Numbered from the stretch's first letter, positions 20,542 to 31,436 are shown. The stretch is 57,706 nucleotides of DNA from an uncultured delta proteobacterium (GCA_963848135.1 CAWKCK010000004.1:248001-305706); one strand, 5' to 3'. The notes: generated by a model not told the origin, from the letters alone. Program-made: numbers and translations.

Positions 20542-21753
20542 GTGACAGAAAAAATCAACAAGGTTGTGCTGGCGTATTCCGGAGGTTTGGACACCTCCGT
20601 CATTCTTAAATGGCTGATCGAGACCTATCATTGTGAGGTTGTCACCTTCTCGGCTGATATCGGCCAGGAAGATGATTTCAAAGAGATCCGTGAAAACGCC
20701 CGCAACACGGGTGCTTCAAAAGTCTATATCGAAGATTTGAAGGAATCATTCGTGCGGGATTACGTGTTTCCGGCTTTCCGGGGCAATGCCATTTACGAAG
20801 GCCAGTACCTTCTCGGGACTTCTCTGGCCCGGCCGCTGATTGCCAAACGCCAGGTTGAAATCGCCAAATTAGAAAAAGCCGATGCGGTCAGTCATGGTTC
20901 CACGGGCAAAGGGAATGACCAGGTGCGTTTCGAATTGGGTTATCTGGCACATGAGCCGCATATCAAGATTATCGCTCCCTGGCGTGAATGGGACCTGAAT
21001 TCGCGCACGGCATTGATGGATTTTGCCCGCAAACATGGGATCAAGGTGCCCACCACCCACGAAAAGCCTTACAGCACGGATTCAAACCTGCTGCACATCA
21101 GCTACGAAGGTGGTGTGCTGGAGGATCCGTGGGTGGCTCCGCCGGAAGACATTTTCACCCTCACGGCGTCACCCCGGCATTCGCCCGACACGCCCGAGGT
21201 CATCGAGGTCACCTTCCAAGCCGGGAACCCGGTGGCCGTTAACGGCAACACGCTCGGGCCGGCCGATCTGTTGACCAAACTTAACCGCCTGGGCGGACGG
21301 CACGGCATCGGCCGGGTCGATATTGTCGAAAACCGGTTCGTGGGCATGAAATCCCGGGGAGTCTATGAGACTCCAGGAGGAACCATTCTGCGCGCGGCCC
21401 ACATGGCCATCGAATCGATCACCATGGATCGCGAGGTCATGCACCTCAGGGATTCATTGATACCAAAGTATGCCGAACTGATTTACAATGGCTTCTGGTT
21501 TTCGCCGGAAATGGATGTTCTGCAGAAGCTGATCGACGAAACTCAGAAAAATGTCAGCGGTGTCGTTCGACTCGAACTCTTCAAAGGATGTTGTGTCGTT
21601 CTCGGCCGAAAATCCGATGAATCAATTTACAGCGTCGATTTTGCCACTTTTGAAGACGACACGGTTTACAGCCAGAAAGATGCTGAGGGCTTTATCCGGC
21701 TCAACGCGCTACGCCTGCGAATTCAAAATCTGCTTCGGTCGGGCCGAAAATAG
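20542..21753 (+). CDS. argG: Argininosuccinate synthase
   Basis: [18 protein letters not shown] and KSRGVYETP motifs. Confidence 0.97.
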   Translation: MTEKINKVVLAYSGGLDTSVILKWLIETYHCEVVTFSADIGQEDDFKEIRENARNTGASKVYIEDLKESFVRDYVFPAFRGNAIYEGQYLLGTSLARPLIAKRQVEIAKLEKADAVSHGSTGKGNDQVRFELGYLAHEPHIKIIAPWREWDLNSRTALMDFARKHGIKVPTTHEKPYSTDSNLLHISYEGGVLEDPWVAPPEDIFTLTASPRHSPDTPEVIEVTFQAGNPVAVNGNTLGPADLLTKLNRLGGRHGIGRVDIVENRFVGMKSRGVYETPGGTILRAAHMAIESITMDREVMHLRDSLIPKYAELIYNGFWFSPEMDVLQKLIDETQKNVSGVVRLELFKGCCVVLGRKSDESIYSVDFATFEDDTVYSQKDAEGFIRLNALRLRIQNLLRSGRK

Positions 21754-22074
21754 TTAGTGCTTATCCATTAATGGCCTTTTTTCCGTTGGGTCCCGCATGG
21801 CTGGATTCTCCGCAGGTTTTCAGCTGCGACGCACGTACAGTGCGCCTCGCCGCAAACCTTTGTGCGGCCCCCGTTCAAAAGCAGCTGGATTTCGTGTCGA
21901 TCTGAGAGCATAAATGTACTCAACTTTCCCAGCGATAAAAATTCTTATTTTCGAATTGGACACTCAATCGTGACTTCCATATCGAGGATGGGTGAAAATT
22001 AAACAAAAACATTAATATAAACAATAAAAAATATAGAAAATATTATTAAAAAATATAAACTTTCAGAGGACGTT

Positions 22075-23463
22075 ATGGCAGAAAAAACCTGGGGCGGAAG
22101 ATTCACCGAGAAAACCGATCATCGGGTCGAAGCTTTTACGGCTTCGGTCGACTTCGACAAACGTCTCTACCCCTATGATATCGAGGGCAGCATTGCCCAT
22201 TGCCGCATGCTCGCAAAAACCGGAATCATATCGGAAGATGAGGCGGCCACCCTGGTCCAGGGTCTCGGCAAGATCATGCGGGAACTCGATCGCGGCGAGT
22301 TTGTTTTCGACCAGAGTATGGAAGACATTCACATGCATATCGAAACCCGCCTGGTGGAAGATCTCGGCAAGGTCGCACTCAAGCTGCACACGGCCCGGAG
22401 CCGGAACGACCAGGTGGCACTGGATGTGCGCATGTTCCTGCGCGATGCGACGGTCACCGTCATTGGTCGCCTGCACGGCATTCGCGCCGCTTTTGTCGAT
22501 TTGGCCGCGGCGAACAGCGACGTCGCTATGCCGGGATACACCCACATGCAACGCGCTCAACCGGTGCTCTTTGCGCATCATCTGATGGCCTATTACGAAA
22601 TGTTCAGCCGGGATGAAGAACGCTTCAAGGATTGCCTGAAGCGGATTGACGTCATGCCACTGGGTACGGCGGCTCTGGCCGGTACCACCTATCCCATCGA
22701 TCGGCACTACACCGCCGAACTGCTCAATTTCCCCAGGATTTCCACCAACAGCATTGACGCTGTTTCCGACCGGGATTTTATAATGGAATTCCTTGCCGCG
22801 GCCAGTATCTGCATGGTTCATCTGAGCCGGCTCTCAGAGGAGATGATTCTCTGGTCCACATCGGAATTCAGCTTCATCGAATTGCCGGATGCCTTTGCCA
22901 CCGGCAGCAGCATCATGCCGCAGAAAAAAAACCCTGACGTTGCCGAACTCGTCCGCGGAAAATCCGGCCGCGTTTTCGGCAGCCTGATCGGTCTGCTGAC
23001 TATCATGAAGGGCTTGCCCCTGGCCTATAACCGTGACTTGCAGGAAGACAAGGAGATGCTCTTCGACAGTGTCGATACACTTCACGCCTGCCTTGAAATC
23101 TACACACTGATGTTGCCGAAGTTAACTATTAAACAAGAGGCCATGCGTGCCGCCACCTCACATGGTTTCCTGAATGCCACCGATTTCGCCGATTACCTGG
23201 TTGGCAAAGGGATGCCGTTCCGCAATGCGCATCACACCGTGGGGCAGGCGGTGAGTTTCGCTCTGGAAAACAATAAAGAGATACACGATTTAACGCTGGA
23301 AGAACTCAAAACTTTTTCCAACTTGATCCAGGAAGATGTGTTCGACATTCTGTCCACTGCGGCGATGATCGATCGCCGCACATCCGCAGGGGGCACGGCG
23401 ACCGCAAATGTTCTTGCCGCTATTAACGACGCCCGCAAGGCACTCGAAGAGTCATCGCCGTAA
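22075..23463 (+). CDS. argH: Argininosuccinate lyase
   Basis: WGGRF, RSRNDQV, GYTHMQRAQP and GSSIMPQKKNPD motifs. Confidence 0.97.
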   Translation: MAEKTWGGRFTEKTDHRVEAFTASVDFDKRLYPYDIEGSIAHCRMLAKTGIISEDEAATLVQGLGKIMRELDRGEFVFDQSMEDIHMHIETRLVEDLGKVALKLHTARSRNDQVALDVRMFLRDATVTVIGRLHGIRAAFVDLAAANSDVAMPGYTHMQRAQPVLFAHHLMAYYEMFSRDEERFKDCLKRIDVMPLGTAALAGTTYPIDRHYTAELLNFPRISTNSIDAVSDRDFIMEFLAAASICMVHLSRLSEEMILWSTSEFSFIELPDAFATGSSIMPQKKNPDVAELVRGKSGRVFGSLIGLLTIMKGLPLAYNRDLQEDKEMLFDSVDTLHACLEIYTLMLPKLTIKQEAMRAATSHGFLNATDFADYLVGKGMPFRNAHHTVGQAVSFALENNKEIHDLTLEELKTFSNLIQEDVFDILSTAAMIDRRTSAGGTATANVLAAINDARKALEESSP

Positions 23464-23571
23464 AGTCCGGGTCATGTGAAATGGCTGACCTCAAATGAAG
23501 GGGACCTTTTTTACACCCATCTACGAGTCGTTAAAGGTGTTACAGGGTGGTCTTATTCATTTAAAATTAGG

Positions 23572-23910
23572 GGTTCTTCTCTGATTTAGTTAGTGTAAAT
23601 TGATGCGAATCTCATGCATGGATCATAGCGTAGTTAAATTGGCCGCCCGCTCACTTCGCTCGCTCGACAGACGCTGACGGACACAGACTTTTGCCTCCGC
23701 GACCTGCGGAGAGCAAAACAAGTAGTCGCTGCGCGAGGCCATCTGCTTTTCTGCCTGAAAGGCATGCTCCTTTTAGCCGGGCAAGTCGCCCGGGTAAAAA
23801 GGGTTTATCTGCGCTATGTCAGCGTGCGTCTGCGGTTAATTTATACATTTATTTTAATAAGATATGAGTCATTTACCCGCAAAATCCACCAACTTTATTG
23901 GAGATGATCC
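23572..23910. mobile_element. MITE family C
   Basis: Inverted copy at 37366-37704. Termini GGTTCTTCTC / GGAGATGATCC, with several internal hairpins. Confidence 0.8.
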
Positions 23911-24172
23911 GAATTAGGATACCAGGTCCAGTGAGCGGGGTCATGTTTCAGTGGTTATGCCGTATAAGACGGAAGCATTTTAAAATTCTAATATTGAATA
24001 TCGAAAACCGAAACAAAGCCGATATCCAAATGGGCCAATGACAGAAACAAACCCACCACTATAGTGCTCATGGAACTGAAAGTAGGGCTGATCGGTCAGG
24101 CTTATTCGTATTTTGGTCATTAGGTATTGTTTCGGGTATCGGATTTCTTGCTTCGAATTTGTAAAATCAAAA

Positions 24173-24658
24173 ATGAATGTTGCCGATTGGGGCCTCCCAT
24201 TGAAACGAGTATCTATTAACTATTGGCCGGCCATATTGCTCGCATTTTTGGTTATCGGTCTCATGCCCGGCTGCGGGAAAAAAGGACCGCCAGTGCCGCC
24301 GAAAAAATATCGGTTGCCGCCAGTATCCGATTTAACCTACCGTGTTGACGGTCAAAATCTCGCCCTGGCATGGACGGTTCCCGATGCCACTGGTGCCGGA
24401 AAATCCGCCACTGATGGGTGCGTGGTTTACCGTGCCAGGCAAGCGCTACTGGAATCGGAATGTACCGGTTGCCCGGTGCCATTTGTTTCGATTGCGGAAA
24501 TACCGGTGGCGAAAAGTTCAACCAGTGCAAGTCAGCAAACAGCGTTGACTTACACTGAAACCTTGATACCGGGGTTCGCCTATACCTATAAAGTGGTCTG
24601 TTTCACGCGGGATGGCGGGCCAGGCGAAGATTCGAACGTCGTGAATTTTACTTTCTAA
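24173..24658 (+). CDS. Lipoprotein upstream of lysA (fibronectin-III-like)
   Basis: Lipobox-like MPGC followed by GKKGPPVPP, CxxCP and YTYKV. Start uncertain (24173 or ~24200). Confidence 0.75.
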   Translation: MNVADWGLPLKRVSINYWPAILLAFLVIGLMPGCGKKGPPVPPKKYRLPPVSDLTYRVDGQNLALAWTVPDATGAGKSATDGCVVYRARQALLESECTGCPVPFVSIAEIPVAKSSTSASQQTALTYTETLIPGFAYTYKVVCFTRDGGPGEDSNVVNFTF

Positions 24659-24762
24659 TGTGTGCAAAATTTTTAAAAAGTGAAACAAAAGCGTGATCTG
24701 AGGCGGCAAGAGAATAAACAGGACACCAGTAGATAGAACAGGATTCCATCCGGGAGAATACG

Positions 24763-26016
24763 ATGCACCATTTTCACTATCAACAGAACGAGCTCTACTG
24801 TGAGGATATACCGGTGCGGCAAATCGCCCAGGAGGTCGGCACGCCGTTCTATTTGTACAGCCACGCGACTCTTGTGAGACACTTTCAAGCCTTCGATAGT
24901 GCCTTCGAAGGCGCCGATCGACTGGTGTGCTATTCGGCCAAGGCCAACGCCAGTCAGGCGATCCTTAAGCTTCTCAACCGGTTGGGAAGCGGACTCGATA
25001 TCGTTTCCGGCGGCGAGCTCTATCGCGGGTTAAAGGCCGGTATGGCCCCCGGAAAGATCGTCTATTCGGGGGTCGGCAAACGCGTAGACGAAATCGATTT
25101 GGCCCTGCAAACCGGCATCTTGATGTTCAACATCGAATCCCTCGATGAACTGGAATTAATCGACCGCCGGGCCGGCGCATTGAAGACCAAAGCACCCATC
25201 GCCATCCGCGTCAATCCCGATGTCGATCCCAAGACCCATCCCTATATTTCAACCGGACTCAGAAAAAACAAATTCGGCATCGACATCGCCACGGCCCTGA
25301 CCGCTTACCGGTCCGCCCGAAAGCTCGAAAATGTATCCATAATCGGTATTGACTGTCACATCGGTTCGCAGATCACCGATGTACAGCCTTTCAAAGACGC
25401 CCTTGAGAGCCTTAAAACGCTGATGCAGGAATTGTCCGCAACGGGCATCGACATCCGCTATGTGGACATGGGGGGTGGCCTGGGCATTACCTATGACCGG
25501 GAGGCACCCCCCGATCCGGCCGAATATGCCCGGGCGATCGTTTCTTCGCTTGGCAACATGCCGGTGACGCTGATTCTCGAGCCGGGACGGGTCATCGTCG
25601 GCAATGCCGGTATTCTTGTCACCCGGACCCTTTATCGCAAAACAGGCAGTGTTAAGAATTTCGTGATAGTCGATGCCGGTATGAACGACCTGCTGCGACC
25701 GACGCTCTATAGTGCATTTCATGCCGTGCAGCCGGTGGTTTTGGGCAGTGATAAAAAACTCACCGTCGATGTGGTCGGCCCGATCTGTGAAACCGGCGAT
25801 TTTCTCGCTCAGGACCGTGAATTGCCGGATGTCGCTAATGGAGAACTCCTGGCTGTTATGAGCACTGGTGCCTATGGGTTCAGCATGTCTTCCAATTACT
25901 GTTCCCGGCCCAGAGTGGCAGAAGTGATGGTAAATGGTGACCGGTTCGATGTCATCAGAAAGCGTCAGGAATACGCGGATTTGGTGGCAGGTGAAAATGT
26001 GCCTCCGTATCTATGA
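24763..26016 (+). CDS. lysA: Diaminopimelate decarboxylase
   Basis: YSAKAN, HIGSQ, EPGR and GPICETGD motifs. Confidence 0.97.
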   Translation: MHHFHYQQNELYCEDIPVRQIAQEVGTPFYLYSHATLVRHFQAFDSAFEGADRLVCYSAKANASQAILKLLNRLGSGLDIVSGGELYRGLKAGMAPGKIVYSGVGKRVDEIDLALQTGILMFNIESLDELELIDRRAGALKTKAPIAIRVNPDVDPKTHPYISTGLRKNKFGIDIATALTAYRSARKLENVSIIGIDCHIGSQITDVQPFKDALESLKTLMQELSATGIDIRYVDMGGGLGITYDREAPPDPAEYARAIVSSLGNMPVTLILEPGRVIVGNAGILVTRTLYRKTGSVKNFVIVDAGMNDLLRPTLYSAFHAVQPVVLGSDKKLTVDVVGPICETGDFLAQDRELPDVANGELLAVMSTGAYGFSMSSNYCSRPRVAEVMVNGDRFDVIRKRQEYADLVAGENVPPYL

Positions 26017-26047
26017 TTGTTACCCTCCCTGAAATCTCTTAGTGGAT

Positions 26048-26884
26048 ATGGATACGATGAAAAAAATTCCCTTCTTTAAAATGAGTGGCAGCGGCAACGA
26101 TTTTATCATTATCGACAACCGCGAGCCGATTGTTGAAGAGGCATCGTTGAACCGTTTCATTGTCAATGTTTGCCGGAGAAAGCTGTCCGCCGGTGCGGAC
26201 GGCCTGATATTGATAGAGCCGTCCGAGACCGCCGACTTCAGATGGCGATTTTTCAACTCGGACGGCAGCCGGGCCGAGATGTGCGGCAATGGGGCCCGCT
26301 GCGCCGCTCGCTACGCTTTTGTCAATGGAATCACTGCAAAACAGCTCAATTTCCAGACCGATGTCGGCCTTGTTGCGGCTGAAATCATCGATGAGCGCGT
26401 CAAGGTGAAGATGACCGATCCATCCGATATTACCCCGGATATTACCATAGATTTGGACGCCGGAGACCGTTCAATGGCGGCGGTGAATACCGGAGTCCCC
26501 CACGTTGTCCTGGTCGAAACGGACATTGAAGCCATCGATGCCCATGGCCTGGGCCGTGAAATTCGCCGCCACGCCGCTTTCGCACCGGCCGGCACCAATG
26601 TCAATTTCATCACGGAACCGGTGGATGACACCATAGCGATCCGGACCTATGAGCGCGGTGTGGAGGACGAAACCCTGGCCTGCGGAACCGGAGCGGTCGC
26701 TGCGGCACTTGTCACCGCTGCCGGCCACGATAACGACGGACCGATTCACGTAAAAACACGCAGCGGTATCCTGTTGACAGTTCACTTTTCACGTCAGGAA
26801 AACGGATTTAAAGACGTCTATCTCGAAGGAGATGCACGTATTATTTATAGCGGGGAGATGTGGGCAGAGGCCTACCAGACTTGA
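26048..26884 (+). CDS. dapF: Diaminopimelate epimerase
   Basis: GNDF, NSDGS.AEMCGNG, GVPH and ERGVEDETLACGTG motifs. Exact start uncertain. Confidence 0.96.
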   Translation: MDTMKKIPFFKMSGSGNDFIIIDNREPIVEEASLNRFIVNVCRRKLSAGADGLILIEPSETADFRWRFFNSDGSRAEMCGNGARCAARYAFVNGITAKQLNFQTDVGLVAAEIIDERVKVKMTDPSDITPDITIDLDAGDRSMAAVNTGVPHVVLVETDIEAIDAHGLGREIRRHAAFAPAGTNVNFITEPVDDTIAIRTYERGVEDETLACGTGAVAAALVTAAGHDNDGPIHVKTRSGILLTVHFSRQENGFKDVYLEGDARIIYSGEMWAEAYQT

Positions 26885-26999
26885 GCGAATGCCGATCTTA
26901 ACGCATCTACGGCGTCAGATGCCGTCCCGCATAGTCCACTATAGCGGAACGGCACCTTCCTTGTAGCTGCATCAAGCTCGACAATCGCTCAAGCCAGGT
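26874..26999. mobile_element. MITE family B, short diverged copy
   Basis: Shares CGCATCTACGGCGTCA...CCCGCATAGT..ACTATAGCGGAAC...AATCGCTCAA with 4867-5076. Confidence 0.7.
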
Positions 27000-27125
27000 G
27001 TCTCAAAGATAAATTAATCGTTCTGTTAAAATTATAGAACGATGGATTTGAGGCTTTTTACATCTCGATTTTTTGGAAGCAAACCATATGGCAACTGAAG
27101 GTTGGGTTAAAAATCCAACTGAGTC

Positions 27126-27644
27126 TTGGGTCTGACATCATTGTCAATTAACACTCACACGGCCATCATCTCCATCGGCTCCAACTTGGGGGATAAGCTC
27201 GAGAACTGCCGCCGGGCGATTTCAGAATTGAATCGGCTCGACCGCACGGAGGTCGACGCCCGTTCGCGGTTCTACAAAACCGCTCCGGTCGATTTTCTCG
27301 ACCAGGATTGGTTTGTGAACGCTGTAGTGAGAATCGATACGCGCTTGACACCCCGGGAACTGCTCGAAGCGCTGCAGGATATTCAGCACCGTGCCGGTCG
27401 GGAGCATGATCCGGTCCGTTTCGGACCGCGCATCATCGATCTGGATGTCATCTTTTATGATGACGACATTATCGACACCCCTGAGCTTGTGGTTCCTCAC
27501 CCGCGCATGCACAAAAGACGCTTTGTCCTGCAACCAATTTGTGATATAGATCCCGCAATCGTGCATCCGGTGTTCCGAAAAGACGTCCAATCCCTATTAA
27601 ATCAACTGACCGACAAGGCCCAGAGCGTGGAAGTTCTATGCTGA
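27126..27644 (+). CDS. folK: 6-hydroxymethyl-7,8-dihydropterin pyrophosphokinase
   Basis: IGSNLG, GPRIIDLD and PHPRMHKRRFVL motifs. Confidence 0.95.
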   Translation: MGLTSLSINTHTAIISIGSNLGDKLENCRRAISELNRLDRTEVDARSRFYKTAPVDFLDQDWFVNAVVRIDTRLTPRELLEALQDIQHRAGREHDPVRFGPRIIDLDVIFYDDDIIDTPELVVPHPRMHKRRFVLQPICDIDPAIVHPVFRKDVQSLLNQLTDKAQSVEVLC

Positions 27645-27904
27645 GACTGTTGATCATTGCCGGCCTGGTATATTTTCTCTATCGGGCGCTAAGCTCGCGG
27701 TTATTAAAGCACAGACCGCCGTCGGACGGATCAGTGGCCGACAAAAATGCGGTTGCCGTTGACGACATCATGGTCAAGGATCCCCAGTGCGATGTCTATT
27801 TTCCCAAAAGAAAAGCCGTGCGGGTAACGACCGACGGGCAGGATCTCTATTTTTGCAGTAGAGAATGCCGGGATAAATACATGCTCGAAAATAATGAGAA
27901 TTGA
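27638..27904 (+). CDS. Small membrane-anchored YHS/TRASH-domain protein
   Basis: N-terminal TM helix; MVKDPQC...YFCS.EC. Confidence 0.8.
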   Translation: MLRLLIIAGLVYFLYRALSSRLLKHRPPSDGSVADKNAVAVDDIMVKDPQCDVYFPKRKAVRVTTDGQDLYFCSRECRDKYMLENNEN

Positions 27905-27977
27905 TCTTTCCAGAGGCTGAAGTCAACGATATACAGGAAATAACGAGAATATAACCTGAACGGAAGGAAGTGCCAGA

Positions 27978-28622
27978 ATGAAATTTTTTATCGACACGGC
28001 AAACATAAACGAAATCAAGGAGGCCAATAGCATGGGAATGGTGGATGGCGTCACCACCAATCCTTCGCTGGTTGCCAAAGAAGGGCGCGAATTCGAAGGC
28101 CTCATCAAGGAGATCTGCGAAATTGTCGATGGGCCGGTGAGTGCCGAGGTGATCAGCACCGACACCGAGGGGATGCTTTCCGAAGGCCGTAAACTGGCCA
28201 AAATTCACAAGAATGTCGTCGTCAAGATACCGATGACGGTGGACGGCCTCAAAGCCGTGCGCCAGTTGGCGGAAGAGGACATCCGTACCAACGTGACCCT
28301 GGTTTTTTCACCTCTGCAGGCCCTGATGGCCGCTAAAGCCGGTGCGTCATATGTCAGCCCTTTCGTTGGGCGGCTGGATGACGTGTCCCATGACGGCATG
28401 GTTCTGGTGGACCAGATCGCCGAAATCTACAGCAACTATGCCTATGACACGGAAATTATCGTGGCCAGTGTCCGCAACCCGTTGCATGTGCTCGAATCGA
28501 CTTTGATCGGTGCCGATATTGCCACGCTGCCCTTTAACGTTCTGAAAAAATTGGCGGCACACCCATTGACGGACAAAGGCCTGAAAGCTTTCCTGGACGA
28601 CTGGAACAACGCCCAGAAGTAG
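27978..28622 (+). CDS. fsa: Fructose-6-phosphate aldolase / small transaldolase
   Basis: [26 protein letters not shown] and ASVR motifs. Confidence 0.93.
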   Translation: MKFFIDTANINEIKEANSMGMVDGVTTNPSLVAKEGREFEGLIKEICEIVDGPVSAEVISTDTEGMLSEGRKLAKIHKNVVVKIPMTVDGLKAVRQLAEEDIRTNVTLVFSPLQALMAAKAGASYVSPFVGRLDDVSHDGMVLVDQIAEIYSNYAYDTEIIVASVRNPLHVLESTLIGADIATLPFNVLKKLAAHPLTDKGLKAFLDDWNNAQK

Positions 28623-28664
28623 GAACTTTTCAGGTTGGGTTTATTGAAGATGCAGGGGCGCAGC

Positions 28665-29231
28665 ATGTCAAAGGATGATAAGCTCAAACGGTTTCTACGC
28701 AACCCGAACAACCTGACGCTTTTTCGGATCATCTCCGTGCCGGTCATCGTGTTGCTGATGATTTACCCCAACCGTTTGTTCACCGCCATAGCGGCCTTGT
28801 TGTTCAGCGCAGCGGCCATAACCGATTACCTCGACGGCTACCTGGCGCGTCAGCATGGTCTCGAAACGACCTTGGGTAAGGTCATGGATCCGGTGGCGGA
28901 CAAGCTGCTGGTGTCCTCGGCTTTCATCATGATAACGTCCCACGGATGGATACCGGCCTGGATGGTGTGCATCATCGTCGGCCGTGAGTTGGCCGTGACG
29001 GGATTGCGCAACATCGTTGCCGGGGAAGGGCAGGACGTATCGGCGTCCTGGCTGGGAAAATACAAGACCGGCTTTCAAATTGCGGCCATCATCCCCCTGC
29101 TGTTTCACTATCCGTATTTTGGGGTCAACCTGCACGCCATCGGGTATTTTTTCCTGATCGGCGCCCTTGTTTTCACCATCTGGTCCGGGGCCGACTATTT
29201 TTTTCGCTATCGTAAATTGCTCGATCTTTGA
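28665..29231 (+). CDS. pgsA: CDP-diacylglycerol--glycerol-3-phosphate phosphatidyltransferase
   Basis: PNNLT and DYLDGYLAR...G..MDPVADK motifs; followed by tRNA-Gly/Cys as in many bacteria. Start uncertain. Confidence 0.93.
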   Translation: MSKDDKLKRFLRNPNNLTLFRIISVPVIVLLMIYPNRLFTAIAALLFSAAAITDYLDGYLARQHGLETTLGKVMDPVADKLLVSSAFIMITSHGWIPAWMVCIIVGRELAVTGLRNIVAGEGQDVSASWLGKYKTGFQIAAIIPLLFHYPYFGVNLHAIGYFFLIGALVFTIWSGADYFFRYRKLLDL

Positions 29232-29310
29232 CACGGCTTTTTCAATATCCGAGTTGAGCTTTTTTGTTGACAAAGGGGTCAATTACCGTTAGAAAATAGC
29301 CCCACATTGA

Positions 29311-29385
29311 GCGGGAATAACTCAGTGGTAGAGTGCGACCTTGCCAAGGTCGAAGTCGCGGGTTCAAATCCCGTTTCCCGCTCCA
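29311..29385 (+). tRNA. tRNA-Gly (GCC)
   Basis: GCGGGAA stem, CGACC-TTGCCAA-GGTCG anticodon arm, CCA end. Confidence 0.97.
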
Positions 29386-29395
29386 TTTTTTTTGG

Positions 29396-29470
<75 letters not shown>

Positions 29471-29480
29471 TAATGATATC

Positions 29481-29520
29481 AAAGGCTTGCAAGGATAACA
29501 GCGACTTGCAAGCCTTTTTT
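29481..29520 (+). terminator. Intrinsic terminator after the tRNAs
   Basis: AAAGGCTTGCAAG...CTTGCAAGCCTTTTTT hairpin plus T-run. Confidence 0.8.
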
Positions 29521-29662
29521 AATGTATTGTTTTAGCGGAGAACGCCCCACAGTTGGCAAAAGGTCATTTATGGATGGGGACAAACTTCTTAATCATATTC
29601 ATATTAATGTGGCATAAAAACCCAAGGGTGAATATTAGCATTTTTTATTCGATCGTTAAGGG

Positions 29663-29932
29663 TCAATATTTACATCGCTCCACAATCTTTCGGTAGATTG
29701 TTGACCGGGCGCCGCCACCAACAACTGACAATCGAAACAGATTTTGAGTCCCTTTTCTATCTTTGGGCTTTTCCAGGGTAATACATTCGCTCGTCTTTAT
29801 CCCCCCTATCAATTTCATAGTTTTCAATGAGTTCATAGATTTGTTCAAGAATGGCCTTGTTGAAGGGTCGTTAATGCTCCACTCAAAGATGTTTAATTCA
29901 TCTTTGAGTGGTTGGGAATACTTAAATTTCAT
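29663..29932 (-). CDS. Hypothetical protein
   Basis: ATG ORF of ~89 aa with no motif recognised. Confidence 0.3.
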   Translation of the reverse strand: MKFKYSQPLKDELNIFEWSINDPSTRPFLNKSMNSLKTMKLIGGIKTSECITLEKPKDRKGTQNLFRLSVVGGGARSTIYRKIVERCKY

Positions 29933-30183
29933 TATATTGCGCTGCCGGGTTCTTAAAGGCCGCCCCGTCAGTGGATGTCTGACCCAGCGCGGACTCTGGG
30001 GTGTTACATATAATTTACCGAATTTTCTCAGCAGACAAACTGTGGCATTACGCACACGATGAAAAACCCGATTATTGACAGCCGCTGCTGATTCGTTTAC
30101 ATGTGCTATCTACCGCTATGGTCGTCACATATGAACGGCATGCTCATACCCCATTCATCGGACATACAAAAAGGAGGCACGTA

Positions 30184-30657
30184 ATGGTTGACACGCAAAT
30201 TCTTGCTGCGAAAAGGATTTTGGTCGTCGATGATGAGCCCGACATTTTGGAAAGTGTTGAGGAAGTTCTCAGCATGTGTACAGTCGAAACCGCATCCGAA
30301 TATGGGGCAGCGAGTAAACTCCTGAACGAAGAGACATATGACATTGTTGTTCTCGATATCATGGGAGTGAAAGGCTATGAGCTACTGGATATCGCCAATG
30401 AAAAAGAGGTCCCTGCCGTTATGCTCACGGCTCACGCGCTGAGCGCGGACAATTTCGCCGAATCGATGAAAAAGGGCGCACATGCCTATTTACCAAAAGA
30501 CAAGCTTTTCGAGATCGATGTGTTCCTTGCAGAGATTCTTGAGGAGGGCAATAATAAGGCGGGATTGCTGGGGAAGTGGTTTAACCGACTTAAAGGCTAT
30601 TATGAAAACAAATTTGGGCCTGGATGGCTTGAGGAGTATAAAGGGTCGTGGCAATAA
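30184..30657 (+). CDS. Single-domain response regulator (receiver)
   Basis: VVDDEPD, LDIMG (phospho-Asp), MLTAH and YLPK motifs; AAGGAGG RBS before ATG 30184. Confidence 0.9.
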   Translation: MVDTQILAAKRILVVDDEPDILESVEEVLSMCTVETASEYGAASKLLNEETYDIVVLDIMGVKGYELLDIANEKEVPAVMLTAHALSADNFAESMKKGAHAYLPKDKLFEIDVFLAEILEEGNNKAGLLGKWFNRLKGYYENKFGPGWLEEYKGSWQ

Positions 30658-30675
30658 TAGATAACGTTCCAAAAA

Positions 30676-30704
30676 TTGACGTCCGACCCGGATTCTGGTA
30701 AACT
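30676..30704 (+). promoter_or_regulatory. Sigma70 promoter for the riboswitch-PilZ transcript
   Basis: TTGACG-17 nt-TAAACT with an extended -10 TG. Confidence 0.65.
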
Positions 30705-30731
30705 ATAGACCATAATAGAAAATTTTGATTT

Positions 30732-30812
30732 TAACATGCTAATGCCAAACTCCGAGTGATCGGGGGACGGAAAACCACGGGTCTCAAACGAGACAGCCGG
30801 GTTGCCAGGTTT
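30732..30812 (+). ncRNA. Cyclic di-GMP-I (GEMM-I) riboswitch aptamer
   Basis: AATGCCAAAC-P2 with GTGA tetraloop-GACGGAAAACCACGGGTCTC...GAGACAGCCGGGTTGCC matches the deltaproteobacterial GEMM-I pattern. Confidence 0.88.
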
Positions 30813-30822
30813 TATAAATGAC

Positions 30823-30859
30823 AAGCCGAGCTGCCGCAATGGGGCTCGGCTTTCTGTTT
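30823..30859 (+). terminator. Riboswitch expression-platform terminator
   Basis: AAGCCGAGC...GCTCGGCTT followed by TCTGTTT, between the aptamer and the ATG. Confidence 0.7.
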
Positions 30860-30872
30860 AGCGGGGATACAT

Positions 30873-31265
30873 ATGAAAACAGCAACTCGTCCGATGAATA
30901 TCGACCTGGCGGACAGAAGAAGGTTTCCGCGGGTCAACACTGATAATCCGATTACTTATGCGTTGATCAATGAGAAAGGCTCCAACATTGGGCAGGGGAT
31001 CGGACGCGCCATCAATGTCAGCCAGTCAGGCATCCTGCTGGAAACCTATGAATATATCGGATCAAAGTACCTCTTCCTGGTTTCAACCGATATCGAGGAC
31101 AAATTGGTCGAAATCGTGGGTAAAGTGGTTTTTTCCAGAGAGATCTCCAAAAGCGTTTTCAACTCAGGGGTTCACTTTATGGGAGAGCATGAGGATAATG
31201 TGAAATTCAGAAGAGAGTTGATAAGGGTTTTTCACCGAAAGATCGTCCTCGGCCTGCCCAACTGA
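30873..31265 (+). CDS. PilZ domain protein
   Basis: DRRRFPR, NVSQSG and GVHF motifs. Confidence 0.88.
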   Translation: MKTATRPMNIDLADRRRFPRVNTDNPITYALINEKGSNIGQGIGRAINVSQSGILLETYEYIGSKYLFLVSTDIEDKLVEIVGKVVFSREISKSVFNSGVHFMGEHEDNVKFRRELIRVFHRKIVLGLPN

Positions 31266-31436
31266 TGCTTATTTCCTGACATCCCGCCGACAGCTTCGAA
31301 TTTGAGATATCAAGGCCGGAATCGCCTACAAAAACCTTACGAGATACTTCTTGAAAGCCCCGCCCTTTTGGTGGGGATACTCATCTTATGTCGGCCGAAC
31401 GCCGACAAACCCCTCCTTTACCTCTGTAGCATTCAG

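Noticed and set aside
30732..30812. 3',3'-cGAMP (GEMM-Ib) riboswitch
   Set aside because: By manual alignment the discriminating position is G, not A.
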